A stretch of DNA of 41,021 bases, from positions 1-41,021 of the IMG/VR virus record IMGVR_UViG_3300035041_000109; one strand, 5' to 3'. The notes below the pieces were generated by a model. It did not search any database and had not been told where the DNA came from. It saw only the letters and a program-made list of their open reading frames with translations. Shown in pieces: positions 28,291-38,294 of the stretch (position 1 is the stretch's first letter; each line of letters opens with the position of its first letter). The position numbers were made by a program, and so were the translations under genes. The stretch is from a virus. Lineage: Duplodnaviria > Caudoviricetes.

Positions 28291-29838
28291 TCATCTTTTA
28301 TTATTTGCTATCAGACTTCTTAAAATTATTCTTGCCTCTGCACCTAGCTTATTATTAAAACTTCCTAGGGCTTCCTCGTAAGGAATATTTGGTTGAATTG
28401 CTTCTTTAAGTAATTTGTGGAATCCAGATTCGGTTACTTCAAGCCCAAATATTTCGCTAGTTAGAATTCCAATACTCTCCCCAAAAGTTTCATTTTTTGG
28501 CCTTTCTGCCTTTGCTGAATTGCCACTTCTTGATATTTTCCAAACGCACTCATTAGGGACTTCTTGAAGCACTACTGGTGAGTGAGTTGCAATAATTGCA
28601 ACACCATTCTTGCTTGTCAATAAATTTGATATTGCACGGACTAGAGCTGATAAAAGTGGAGGGTGAAGGTGTGACTCTGGTTCATCGATCAGAATCAACG
28701 TTTTTTCTTCAACCTTCTCCACTAGTTTTGTTATAGTTAGAAGAACTATACGATGACCAGAACTCATTTTATTGTATATTGTTTTTAATTCCGTAATACA
28801 GTTGTTTTTCTGGATGTTATTAGCCGTTAACGTCTTTCTAAGGTTTTCACTAAACATTGGATCGCTGTATAATTCATCGAGCACCTCCAACAACTTATCA
28901 TCTTTTTTTTGCGCCAAACAGTTCTTAAAACTCTTTATAAATGAGCCGGTGAGCATTCTGGAGCTCATTGGGGACCCCCGTTCTTTTCCCCCAGAGTTGG
29001 TGGTTCTTTTTAAACCTACATAAGAGTATTTAAATCCTTTTTCTCTTTGGGAAGATTCATCCATTGGGACAAAGTCATCAAAGGCGCTGAAAGCGACGGA
29101 AATAACACCGGCAAAATCACAATCATTTTTTTGCTTGAAAGAAAATATGGCAGGTTTTTTATCAGAATTATTGTTTTGGGAATAGTCACTTAGAAGCGTC
29201 TTAATCATTGAATTTAAAATGAAAGTTTTACCGACCCCATTACGTCCGATTAAAACGTGAATATTTGTAGGAGGTGTAGAGTCTGGTATTACGGAAAACG
29301 AAAGGTTTAACCCAGCTGTGTTTCTATTTTGCATTATTTCAAAATCGAATGCATAATTTGTTAAAAGTGCTCCACCTTTGACCAATCTTTTTAATTGTCC
29401 TGACAGAGACGATTCACTAACAAACCTTAAAAGTGATGTCATGGTCACTTTTTCAAAAAGAGCTTTTTCCCGGATTTCATCATTGTAGACAATATCTCTC
29501 AATCCTATGAGTATTTTCTCTTTTAAGTTTTCTGGGAGTTTGTTGAGTTCGTCATAGTAATCTTCACCCTGACCAAGAGAGAAATATTTTTCTTCAAGTA
29601 CATCAAAAGTATCAGGAATCGCTGTATGACTGTCGAAACTAGGCGTTTGGCCAAAATACGCAATTTTTACTCCACCAATTTCAAATCTGTTGCCATCCCT
29701 GTCAAAAACGATTAATTCGAATAAAGTCTTATACGTAAAATCATCCCAATTATCACTCTGGAGATATGCAATATTCGTCCCTGTTTTCGGTTGGTACCTC
29801 AAATTTGCCTTAAAAAATGGTTTGTTGAAATTATCCAT
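28291..29838 (-). CDS. ABC-type ATPase, Septu PtuA-like
   Basis: GRNGVGKT Walker A, MSSGH signature, LIDEPESHLHP Walker B/D-loop and ATHSP H-loop. Confidence 0.88.
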   Translation of the reverse strand: MDNFNKPFFKANLRYQPKTGTNIAYLQSDNWDDFTYKTLFELIVFDRDGNRFEIGGVKIAYFGQTPSFDSHTAIPDTFDVLEEKYFSLGQGEDYYDELNKLPENLKEKILIGLRDIVYNDEIREKALFEKVTMTSLLRFVSESSLSGQLKRLVKGGALLTNYAFDFEIMQNRNTAGLNLSFSVIPDSTPPTNIHVLIGRNGVGKTFILNSMIKTLLSDYSQNNNSDKKPAIFSFKQKNDCDFAGVISVAFSAFDDFVPMDESSQREKGFKYSYVGLKRTTNSGGKERGSPMSSRMLTGSFIKSFKNCLAQKKDDKLLEVLDELYSDPMFSENLRKTLTANNIQKNNCITELKTIYNKMSSGHRIVLLTITKLVEKVEEKTLILIDEPESHLHPPLLSALVRAISNLLTSKNGVAIIATHSPVVLQEVPNECVWKISRSGNSAKAERPKNETFGESIGILTSEIFGLEVTESGFHKLLKEAIQPNIPYEEALGSFNNKLGAEARIILRSLIANNKR

Positions 29839-29885
29839 ATGCTTATCCGCCCAATTCCTAATTATTATTTACAAGCTTTTCAAAA

Positions 29886-30245
29886 TTACACAGCGTACCA
29901 ATTATCCCCAATTTTTAAGAGATTACGGTCTGATAGGAACGGTTCAAAGGTGTTAATTCTGTCTTTTGTTGGAGAGGAACTCAATTTCATCGGAAAAGTT
30001 TTAAGAGAATAGCCTTCTTCCTCAATGAGACGAATATGTTCTTTAGAAAAAGTAAAACCAGCACGCTTCCTTCCCTTTTTTCCATACATCCAATTGCGAC
30101 TAAGAATCAGATGACCGTGGTCATCAACAAGGTGCTTCCAGGCTCCAAAAATGATTACCTTCTCATCCACATTGATAAAAGACCAGGCATTTTGCCAATT
30201 TTTACAGGTAGCACCGACAGATTCAATGAATTGTTTCCGACTCAA
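29886..30245 (-). CDS. 119-aa Trp-rich hypothetical protein, first gene of the ATPase-HNH operon
   Basis: GGAGG-N6-TTG start at 30245 gives MSRKQFIESVGATCKNWQNAWSF...GAW...WYAV. Upstream TTCACT-N16-TAGTAT promoter-like sequence (30291-30318, minus strand). Confidence 0.7.
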   Translation of the reverse strand: MSRKQFIESVGATCKNWQNAWSFINVDEKVIIFGAWKHLVDDHGHLILSRNWMYGKKGRKRAGFTFSKEHIRLIEEEGYSLKTFPMKLSSSPTKDRINTFEPFLSDRNLLKIGDNWYAV

Positions 30246-30415
30246 GATATCCTCCCAAAAAAGATGCAAGAATTTTCATCACTATCAACCATACTATCAC
30301 ACCATGGTAATTAGTGAACGGTTTCTTTTGAACACTTCCACACATTCCCCCGACACTCATCATAGAACCAAGGCCGTACTTACGGGGACGGACTTATCTA
30401 AGGAGAGAGAAATTC

Positions 30416-30997
30416 ATGTTCAGATTTTTTGATTTTATACCCACATTGCTTCTATTACCCGATGATGGATTAAGCGGTAATTCAGGATCAGATGATGCGA
30501 ATGAGGACACAGGGGGCACTGAGGATGATACCAATTCCCAGGGTTCAGCTGATGAAACTCAGAGTGTTGAAGAGCTGCAGAGCCAGCTTGAGGAGCTGAA
30601 AAAACAGTCTTCGAGTAAGGATAAAGCGGTGACCAAGCTCACAAAGCAGATTGATGAGATGAAAAAGGCTCAAATGTCTGATGCCGAGCGTAAGGCTGCC
30701 GAGGAGAGAGAACGCGAAGAGCAGCTCCAGCAGGAGCGAGATCAGTTCTTATCTGATTGCCGAGTTATAGCTGCCGAGCGTGCGGGTTTGAGTGAGAATG
30801 AGGCAACACTTGTTGCCGGTAGCTCACAAGAGGAGATCCGGGAGAATGGAAAGCTTTTGAAATCGCTTTTAGAGGCACGATTTAGTGAAGGGTATGAAAA
30901 AGCCAAAAAAGAGGGCATGAAAGGCAGTGTTCCCAGAAGCGGAGAAGATCCAGCTTCTGGGACAAATAAGAGGTTAAGTGACCTGTTTACAGGTTAA
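30416..30997 (+). CDS. Head scaffolding protein (DUF4355-like)
   Basis: Acidic N-terminus and a coiled coil (KKAQMSDAERK), directly upstream of the capsid gene. Confidence 0.75.
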   Translation: MFRFFDFIPTLLLLPDDGLSGNSGSDDANEDTGGTEDDTNSQGSADETQSVEELQSQLEELKKQSSSKDKAVTKLTKQIDEMKKAQMSDAERKAAEEREREEQLQQERDQFLSDCRVIAAERAGLSENEATLVAGSSQEEIRENGKLLKSLLEARFSEGYEKAKKEGMKGSVPRSGEDPASGTNKRLSDLFTG

Positions 30998-31011
30998 GGA
31001 GAAGAATAACG

Positions 31012-32112
31012 ATGCTTATACCATCAGAAGGTGTTGTCACCTTTGACGTACCGCAGAACGCGGTGGACGTCTCAAATCTGTTTTATGATATATCACTTCC
31101 GGCTGCAAAGCTGCTGAACACCGTATCACTGGGAGATTCAGTGAAGGCCGTAGACCCCAAGTGGTTCGATGATCGCAGGCTTGCCATTGGAACGAGCCTT
31201 ACAGCTGACTATGTTGCAGCTTCGGGAAGCCTGACACTGGCAAGTGTTGAGGGCGTGAGAGTTGGATCAACATTCTCAGTTGGTCCGACCGTGTTTAAAG
31301 CAACCGCAGTGGATCCTGCCACCAAGGTAGTTACTGTCGCCGTACTTGCAGGGGATACCGGGCATACAACCGGGGATGAGGTGATCTTTATCGGGAACGC
31401 CCGAGCTCAAGGATCTGCCCGCCAGGACTCAGATATCAGTACTCCGGTAGAGCGGTTTAATCGCACCCAGATCTTTGATGATTCAGTTATTATCACCGGA
31501 ACCCAGGAAGCGGTAGACCAGTATGGATCCGGGGGACTCAATCTCACACTGGAGAATTCGGTTAAGAAGAAACTCGAGCGGTTGTATTTGCTCATGGGAC
31601 GGGCGCTTTGGCGAAACCCGAGGGTCGTCCCCGATGATAACAATGCAGAAGGAATCATGGGAGGACTTGGCTGGTTTCTTGATCAGTTTGGTCAGAAGAC
31701 AACCTCCAGTTTCACCCATGCGAATATTTCAGCATTCCTCTACGACTTGTACGAGGCAGGGCTGATCAACCCGCAGATTTGGATTAACCCTCATGATGTG
31801 GATGTTTATCGTCAGCTTGATGCTGCCTACATTCAGGTTGATGCCAAAGTGACCTTTGCAGGACGTCCGATCCCAACGCTGCTCTACACCACCAAAGGCC
31901 AGGAAGTGCCGATCATGATTGATCCGCAGTGTCCAGCCGGGAGCCACTTTCTCATCGACCCATCGATGATCAGTGTGCATCCGCTCTCAGGGCGTCAGTT
32001 CTTTGTGAAGCGGGCACAGGATGATGATGATAACAAGAAGGCGAGGATCATCGGAGAGTATACCTCAAAGGTCCATAACTCAGCGTTCATGGGCCGCTTT
32101 ACCGTCGCATAG
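31012..32112 (+). CDS. Major capsid protein (DUF5309/SU10-like)
   Basis: FNRTQIFDDSV.ITGT, MGGL and IIGEYT motifs, plus size and position. Confidence 0.8.
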   Translation: MLIPSEGVVTFDVPQNAVDVSNLFYDISLPAAKLLNTVSLGDSVKAVDPKWFDDRRLAIGTSLTADYVAASGSLTLASVEGVRVGSTFSVGPTVFKATAVDPATKVVTVAVLAGDTGHTTGDEVIFIGNARAQGSARQDSDISTPVERFNRTQIFDDSVIITGTQEAVDQYGSGGLNLTLENSVKKKLERLYLLMGRALWRNPRVVPDDNNAEGIMGGLGWFLDQFGQKTTSSFTHANISAFLYDLYEAGLINPQIWINPHDVDVYRQLDAAYIQVDAKVTFAGRPIPTLLYTTKGQEVPIMIDPQCPAGSHFLIDPSMISVHPLSGRQFFVKRAQDDDDNKKARIIGEYTSKVHNSAFMGRFTVA

Positions 32113-32124
32113 GGAGAATAGCAA

Positions 32125-32277
32125 ATGAAGTATCAGGTGCCAAAAGATGTACATACCATCTACGAGAAGGGTAAACGGTATACAGCCATTGACGGGATAG
32201 TGGAGATCCCAGGAGAACCAGTTGGATGGCTGAAGCCTGTGAAAAAGACTTCGAAGTCTGAGCAGAACAGGGACTAA
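32125..32277 (+). CDS. 50-aa hypothetical protein (missing from the ORF track)
   Basis: GGGAG RBS. MKYQVPKDVHTIYEKGKRYTAIDGIVEIPG... fills the gap between the capsid and connector genes. Confidence 0.6.
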   Translation: MKYQVPKDVHTIYEKGKRYTAIDGIVEIPGEPVGWLKPVKKTSKSEQNRD

Positions 32278-32283
32278 AAAAAT

Positions 32284-32640
32284 ATGGCGATCATTACCAG
32301 GGAGGAATACAAGCAACTCTCGAATACTACTGACACATCCCTGGATTCGATGATCGATCTGCTGATCCCGGTGGTTGAGGAGGATTTCTTGACTATCCGG
32401 GGAGCACCCTTCGAGGTTGATGACCAGGACCAGGTGGCCTATCCCTCCGGGGCGTTGCTCACGGCAAAGCTGATGCTTGACTGGCTGTTGTCTCCTGAAA
32501 GCAGAAAAGCCCTCACTGGGGGGAAGAAGAGCGAGACGATCGGGAAGTATTCCTACAGTATGCAGGAGATAGATGCCCAATCTGGCTACCCGAAGGCAAT
32601 CATCGGCCGGATAGAAACATATGTGAGGGGCAGAGTATGA
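32284..32640 (+). CDS. Head-tail connector/adaptor protein
   Basis: ITREEYK N-terminus, KKSETIGKYSYS motif and position. Confidence 0.75.
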   Translation: MAIITREEYKQLSNTTDTSLDSMIDLLIPVVEEDFLTIRGAPFEVDDQDQVAYPSGALLTAKLMLDWLLSPESRKALTGGKKSETIGKYSYSMQEIDAQSGYPKAIIGRIETYVRGRV

Positions 32641-32954
32641 GCCTGGAGCACTATTTTACCACCCCTTTCACAGTTTTCAGAGAAACTCCTGCCGATGGAT
32701 CGTGGGGGAGCCAGGCTCAACGAAGTGAGGTTTGTTCATCAAAGGGCTGGATTCAGCCAGGGAGCGGTAGACCGCTCGAACTCGATGGCAAAGAGGTAGC
32801 GGTGACCACCCATCATCTGCTGTGTCCGGTGGATGCGGATGTGAGGGCTCTGGATGAAATCGAGGCTGAGGGTAAGAGATACAACGTACTCTCAGCTTTT
32901 GATGCTGCCGGGATGGGACACCATCTGGAAGTAGATCTGGAACTCAAAGCATGA
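32637..32954 (+). CDS. Head closure/stopper protein
   Basis: THHLLC...D.IEAEGKRYNV...GHHLEVDL, SPP1 gp16-like, and position. Confidence 0.7.
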   Translation: MSLEHYFTTPFTVFRETPADGSWGSQAQRSEVCSSKGWIQPGSGRPLELDGKEVAVTTHHLLCPVDADVRALDEIEAEGKRYNVLSAFDAAGMGHHLEVDLELKA

Positions 32955-33394
32955 GTGTGAAAGCGAGCGGGGGTTTTAGAGAGCTTGATCCAAAGCTCAT
33001 GGAGCAGGCAATTGATAGGAGTCTAACCACGGTAGGGATCCTGCTTGAGGGAGAGGTGATTGCCAGGGCAAATGAGAATGTTGATACCGGGCGTCACAAG
33101 GGCTCAATTACCTGGAAAGTTAAAGGTGGAGGAAGTGAGATTGCTCCTGACAATACGGGCCAGGTGAAGCCAGAGGATGAGCAGTCAGCTCCGGCAGCTG
33201 AGCATGAGGTGCATGTGGGAACCGCGGTCCATTATGCTCCTCACTTAGAGTATGGGCACCAGGTGCCAGGAGGAGGGAAAGCGAAAGCCTATCCCCATTT
33301 TCGAAGTGCCTTTGATGAGAACCAGAAACGGGTGAAGCATCTGTTCTCGAAGGCTCTCAAGGGGTTTATTCAGCATGCCAAGAAACACAGTTGA
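32951..33394 (+). CDS. HK97 gp10-like neck protein
   Basis: VDTGRHKGSI, YAPHLEYGH and AYPHFRSAF. Confidence 0.8.
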   Translation: MSVKASGGFRELDPKLMEQAIDRSLTTVGILLEGEVIARANENVDTGRHKGSITWKVKGGGSEIAPDNTGQVKPEDEQSAPAAEHEVHVGTAVHYAPHLEYGHQVPGGGKAKAYPHFRSAFDENQKRVKHLFSKALKGFIQHAKKHS

Positions 33395-33773
33395 TCAGTG
33401 GGTGCTCGAATACCTTCGATCTGGAGTATTGGGTACACGATATGGCAATCGGGTCTTTATCTATGAGGTGCCAGCTGGAACGAAGCTTCCCTATGTACTG
33501 ATTGGGTTGGTCTCGGGGGTGAGACATCCCAGGACCCAGGTGCTTCGCGATGCTGGGATGACGAGGTATCAAATCGATGTGTTTTCTCCAGATCGCTACC
33601 AGGGACGAGAGGACATAGAAGAGGTCATACGATCTTTTCTACTTCATCAGGTGAGAGCCGACAGATTACTGATTGAAGAGGTAGAGGTATCAGGACCGAG
33701 AGCATTGGATGGTGATGCGTGCTACCGGTTTTCCTGTGATATACGGGTGAGCTGGATACAGGAGGAAGGATAA
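33375..33773 (+). CDS. Tail terminator/completion protein (DUF3168-like)
   Basis: PAGTKLPYV...RYQIDVFS, located before the major tail gene. Confidence 0.7.
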   Translation: MPRNTVDQWVLEYLRSGVLGTRYGNRVFIYEVPAGTKLPYVLIGLVSGVRHPRTQVLRDAGMTRYQIDVFSPDRYQGREDIEEVIRSFLLHQVRADRLLIEEVEVSGPRALDGDACYRFSCDIRVSWIQEEG

Positions 33774-33778
33774 ACAAG

Positions 33779-34444
33779 ATGAGTGAGAGATTACTGGGTG
33801 AACAAGGATATTTGTACTACGGGAAGCTGGAGGATGAGATAACCGGTGAGGAACTGGGGACTGAACTGCCACTAGAAGGGTTCTATAAGGTGGTCAGTAA
33901 GGGAGCATCTTCAGGACTCCCTGCAGGACTTGGGGTGAGGGATGTATTTTTCAACAAACCTGCGGTGACCCTCCAGACGGGGGATGTGGTGGTCCCGATC
34001 ACACGAGAGAGAATAGCGTTTGTGACCAATGTGCCGCATTCGGGGGCAAAGAGTAAGCACGAGAATACGACCCAGCAGGATACGGTCAAGAGCTTTGCTG
34101 AGGGTAAGAGAGCAGAGCTCACCGGATCGGTTGAAGGGTACTTTCTCGATGCAGATGCATCAGGGCTGCAGGATGAGCTGTTATCCCGCTTTAAGCCGGT
34201 AACAACCGATGATGGGGCAGGGGGAATCACTGTACTAAAAAGTGATGGTAAGCCGCTGCATTTCTTTCTCTCTCGATATGAGAGTGAGGAGGTTGGCAAG
34301 CAGGAGGTCACTGATTATCTCCCGGTTATCACTGAGAGTATCACCCTTGATAAGCCACTGGAGGGAAATCAGGTGTTTACTTTCAATTACACCGTGGTGG
34401 GATCAGAGAAGCCGACAACCTACCGTAGAACTATCACGGCATAG
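33779..34444 (+). CDS. Major tail tube protein
   Basis: Position and size (221 aa), beta-rich sequence with ENTTQQD and a C-terminal FTFNYTVVG.EKP. Confidence 0.65.
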   Translation: MSERLLGEQGYLYYGKLEDEITGEELGTELPLEGFYKVVSKGASSGLPAGLGVRDVFFNKPAVTLQTGDVVVPITRERIAFVTNVPHSGAKSKHENTTQQDTVKSFAEGKRAELTGSVEGYFLDADASGLQDELLSRFKPVTTDDGAGGITVLKSDGKPLHFFLSRYESEEVGKQEVTDYLPVITESITLDKPLEGNQVFTFNYTVVGSEKPTTYRRTITA

Positions 34445-34453
34445 GGGTAGGCT

Positions 34454-34780
34454 ATGAAGATAACCTACAAGCCGGGAGGCAACCCGGCTGATGCCAAGAC
34501 AATAGCACTGTATGCAGGGGATGTAAAAATAGAGAACTGCAGGGTGGTGAAAGCATACAACAAACAGGGGTCCTTAACCCTGAACGTGGAGATAACAGAC
34601 TGTGAAATTAACCGGGAGCCTGAAGGGCACGTACATTCCGACATTCAAAGACAACCAGAGACTGCCAAAGAGCGAGCAGATAGCGGTGAAGATCAACTAT
34701 CCGACTCACGAGATGCGCGAGATCTTAAAAAGCGAGATCAGCTACGTACAAACAAACGCACACACCGAGATAAAAGTTAA
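34454..34780 (+). CDS. Hypothetical protein overlapping the tail chaperone
   Basis: GGGG RBS and ATG just after the tail gene. The 3' 179 nt overlap the next ORF. Confidence 0.4.
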   Translation: MKITYKPGGNPADAKTIALYAGDVKIENCRVVKAYNKQGSLTLNVEITDCEINREPEGHVHSDIQRQPETAKERADSGEDQLSDSRDARDLKKRDQLRTNKRTHRDKS

Positions 34781-34979
34781 GACAAACCACGCCCAGGTTA
34801 TCCGCTCGTGTGTGGGATCTATAACTAATCTTGAGACTGATATTGATGGAGCGATCCCAGATGGGAAAGCCCTTCTTGCATCCCGTGATCCCAGGCTTGA
34901 GCCGCTTATTGAAGAGCTCGTAGTCGAGATACGGCGACAAACCATTATCGAGGAGGAGAATGAAAAAAACTCCGACTAG
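34602..34979 (+). CDS. Tail assembly chaperone (G)
   Basis: GGAG upstream of the GTG start. Ends in a slippery A AAA AAC and lies between the tail tube and tape measure genes. Confidence 0.7.
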   Translation: MKLTGSLKGTYIPTFKDNQRLPKSEQIAVKINYPTHEMREILKSEISYVQTNAHTEIKVKTNHAQVIRSCVGSITNLETDIDGAIPDGKALLASRDPRLEPLIEELVVEIRRQTIIEEENEKNSD

Positions 34980-35293
34980 CTCTCCAGCTCTACTTCTCTG
35001 GGGCCGGGGAGCCTGATGATTGGGATGAGTTTCCAGAGGAGAAAGAAAAGGTGCTCTCAAGCACCAGTACAGCTGGGTATGTATTAGTCAAACGTAAGGA
35101 CATACCGGCGCTGTTAGGCGATGAGTTTCACCTCTCGTGCTGGAACCAATGGTGCAGATGGAAGCGCTTTGGGCTTCCCCACGGAGCAGATGGGTATATG
35201 AGAGAGCGAGCGCTGTGGGTGGCGTGTATGGAGATCCTCGAGCAGGAACACGCAGTGTTCTTGAAGGCACAGCGGGAGAAAAGTAACCACTAA
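34970..35293 (+). CDS. Tail assembly chaperone -1 frameshift extension (GT)
   Basis: The -1 frame is open from the slippery site (LRLALQLYFSG...) to TAA 35293, 4 nt before the tape measure gene. Confidence 0.72.
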   Translation, partial: LRLALQLYFSGAGEPDDWDEFPEEKEKVLSSTSTAGYVLVKRKDIPALLGDEFHLSCWNQWCRWKRFGLPHGADGYMRERALWVACMEILEQEHAVFLKAQREKSNH

Positions 35294-35297
35294 AAGC

Positions 35298-38294
35298 ATG
35301 GAATATAGAGATGAGCTGAAGCTGGTGATCAAGGCCGAGGTTGATAAGGCCGTCCGGGATCTTAAAGCGTACAACAACACCACCAAACAAGCAGAAACTT
35401 CTACAGAAGCCTTTGCGAGGGCTGCCCAATTTGCCAAGCGGGCTCTGGCGACCGCAGGTCTTGGTATGTCAGTTGCCTACATCTCAACACAGCTTAATAA
35501 GTTTGCTAAAAGCGCATCAGAGGCAGAAGAGACTGCCTCCAAGTTTTCTGTGATCTTCGGCGATATTGCAACATCGGCCGAAGAGGTTTCAAGAGGATAT
35601 GCATCATCCTTCAACGTAGCTGCATCTACGTCCAAAGAGCTTCTGGGGAATGTAGGAGATCTTCTCACCGGCATGGGAGCAACCCAGACGCAAGCCCTGG
35701 AACTATCTGAGGCCGTAGCAACCTTTGGATCAGATTTGGCTTCTTTTTCCAACTACGCAGGAGGCGCTGCAGGGGCAGTTGAAGCGCTCACGAAAATGAT
35801 GCTCGGCGAGAGGGAAATGGTCAAATCCCTCGGGATTGTCATCAGAGAAGCCGATGTTCAGCAACGATTACTCGAAAAGGGGCAAGAAGATCTCACTGGC
35901 CAGGCGAAGCTCCTTGCAACAGCACAGGCCTCCTTAGAGCTTGCCATGGAGCAGTCAAAGAATGCTATTGGTGATTATGAACGTACCGCTGATAGCAGTG
36001 CCAATGTCACCAGGCGCCTAGGCGAGTCCTACAAAGAGATGACCGAGCACGCAGGAGGCTTTGTAAACCGAGTGCTCACACCTTTGAAAAGCGGACTTGC
36101 TGATGTCATTGATCACATGAATGAGCTTGCCCGGGAGAATCAGGGATTGGATGAGATACCGGCAGAGGATCCTCGTATTGCCCAGATGGAGCGCAATAAC
36201 CGCAGAATTGCAGAGCTCAAAAAGGAAGCACATGAAAATATTGCGGTGCTGAGGACCGGGTATAAGGAGCTCCAGGAAATTGCACAGAAACCCGTGGAGG
36301 ATGCGGAGAACTGGTGGGAAGGCTATACGCTCGAGACCAAGCTCGCTGAAGCGAAAAGACTCTTAGAAGATTTCTATGCGGATTTCACCGGCAACCCTAT
36401 CAAAATATCACTGGATTCAGAACAGGATCTCCAAGCCCAACTGCAGGCTTTAGAAACCTGGATGAATAAAGCGCTTGCTAATACTGCGGTAGGTGAGCGA
36501 ATCGATGCGCTTATTGAGGATAATACACGACTGCAGGCATCCCTTGATGGGACCTCAGAGTCAGCGGAAGATGCTGCTGTTTCCTTAAGTCAAAACTGGG
36601 AAAAAACAAAGAAGGCTACCTTTGGAGATGACACGCTTTCTAGCTTTGCTGATAATCCGGTAACCCTCCCTCCGATCTATTCAGAGACCGAAACGCTGCA
36701 AGCAGAGCTCGGAGAGCTCGAGAAGGCTATACACGCAGTCTGGGAAGGTCATGGGGAATATGCATCCCTTGATACCTGGCAGAAAGATCTAGATCTGTTG
36801 GTGGGAAGATATGAAGAGATTAATGATGATATTGAAGATATCACCCAGGCCAGGGAAACTGAGAAACGCATTGAGGAGCTCAAGAGCTCATTACTAGATG
36901 AGAACCAACAGAGGGAACAAAAACGCCTGGCGTTCCAGAAGGAACTCAATACATACCAGGAGGAAGGGTTACTCACCCTAGAAGAGGTGAAGACACTCCT
37001 TGCATCATTTGATGGACAGGATCCGTTTACCCTCGTTACCGATAATCTTGATTCACAACTTGCAGTTATCGATCGGACTGCCGAGGCTTATAGTGCATTG
37101 ATAGGAGAGGGTGAGGAGCTCTCAAGCCTCTATGATATCTCGGCTGAAAAATCTCTCTTGGTCACCCGGGCATTTGATCAGCTTGCCTCCTCCACTGAAG
37201 TTAGCCGTGAAGAGCTTGCCGAGTTTCTTGAGCTCTACGGAGAGTGGATAGACAAAAATGAAGAGGCTGTCACTGGGTTTAAGGCACTACAGCAAGAATT
37301 CTCCGAGTTTGACTGGTCGAAGTTTTCTGAGAACCTAGAGACTGAACTCTCAGAACACCTGATCGAATCACTCAACACTGTCTTTGGTGAAATTGGTAAG
37401 GGAATAGGCTCTGGAGATCTCGAGGGAAAAGAGATCTCATCTACTATCATCTCGAGTGCGACAAGTATGTTTGCAGCAGCTGCAGGACCCTTTGCTCCGT
37501 TGGTCCACTTAGCTGGAGGCATATTTGAAGGGATAAGCTCGTCGATCTTTGAGACTATCGAGCAGGCAAAACAGGTTGATGAAGCCTTGAGCGAGGCTCA
37601 TGAAAGCATCGAGAAGATGTTCCTTGATGTACTGGATATGGAAGAGGAGTTATCCAAACAGAGGCTTGAGGCAATCGAAGATGAGATGGATCTCCTGGAA
37701 CAGAACCGTGATCTTCGCCTGGAAATTCTCCGGGATCAGTGGCAGAGAGGCCAGATTACAGGGTCTGAGTATTTTGATCAGGCTTCCCGGATCAATGAGA
37801 ATTATAACGAGGATCAAAGAGCCCTGGAAAACCAGGATACGCTCATCACAGGCATTGGAGAAGTCATCACTGAGCTCACAGGGGAGCTCGAGGATTTAAG
37901 CGGTTGGACGAAGTTCTGGACCGGTAAGGATGAGGATCTTGAAGAGCGTATTGCAACCTACAAACAGCTTTTGAGTGATATCTCATCAGATCCTGATGGG
38001 CTTACTGATAATGAGATCCAGGAACTTGCATCCCGCTACAACATCGAGGTTCCCGCTGCTGCAACTGGAGCGGATTTTATCACTAATGGTCCTCAGCTGC
38101 TGTTAGTTGGGGATAATGCTGGGGGAAAAGAGCGCGTACAAGTCTCTCCCATCACCAGCCCCAATCTCCACGGTCCTTCTGGTGGTAATATCAACATCAC
38201 GATCACAGGCGATGTGTATGGGGTAGATGATCTGTATGCCAAATTGGATGCTGCAGGAAGGCGCCTGAAAAAGCTCGGGAGGGTGTCTGCATGA
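35298..38294 (+). CDS. Tail tape measure protein
   Basis: 998 aa, Ala/Glu-rich and helical, with DLASFSN and C-terminal AATGADF...VGD..G.ERV. Confidence 0.9.
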   Translation: MEYRDELKLVIKAEVDKAVRDLKAYNNTTKQAETSTEAFARAAQFAKRALATAGLGMSVAYISTQLNKFAKSASEAEETASKFSVIFGDIATSAEEVSRGYASSFNVAASTSKELLGNVGDLLTGMGATQTQALELSEAVATFGSDLASFSNYAGGAAGAVEALTKMMLGEREMVKSLGIVIREADVQQRLLEKGQEDLTGQAKLLATAQASLELAMEQSKNAIGDYERTADSSANVTRRLGESYKEMTEHAGGFVNRVLTPLKSGLADVIDHMNELARENQGLDEIPAEDPRIAQMERNNRRIAELKKEAHENIAVLRTGYKELQEIAQKPVEDAENWWEGYTLETKLAEAKRLLEDFYADFTGNPIKISLDSEQDLQAQLQALETWMNKALANTAVGERIDALIEDNTRLQASLDGTSESAEDAAVSLSQNWEKTKKATFGDDTLSSFADNPVTLPPIYSETETLQAELGELEKAIHAVWEGHGEYASLDTWQKDLDLLVGRYEEINDDIEDITQARETEKRIEELKSSLLDENQQREQKRLAFQKELNTYQEEGLLTLEEVKTLLASFDGQDPFTLVTDNLDSQLAVIDRTAEAYSALIGEGEELSSLYDISAEKSLLVTRAFDQLASSTEVSREELAEFLELYGEWIDKNEEAVTGFKALQQEFSEFDWSKFSENLETELSEHLIESLNTVFGEIGKGIGSGDLEGKEISSTIISSATSMFAAAAGPFAPLVHLAGGIFEGISSSIFETIEQAKQVDEALSEAHESIEKMFLDVLDMEEELSKQRLEAIEDEMDLLEQNRDLRLEILRDQWQRGQITGSEYFDQASRINENYNEDQRALENQDTLITGIGEVITELTGELEDLSGWTKFWTGKDEDLEERIATYKQLLSDISSDPDGLTDNEIQELASRYNIEVPAAATGADFITNGPQLLLVGDNAGGKERVQVSPITSPNLHGPSGGNINITITGDVYGVDDLYAKLDAAGRRLKKLGRVSA

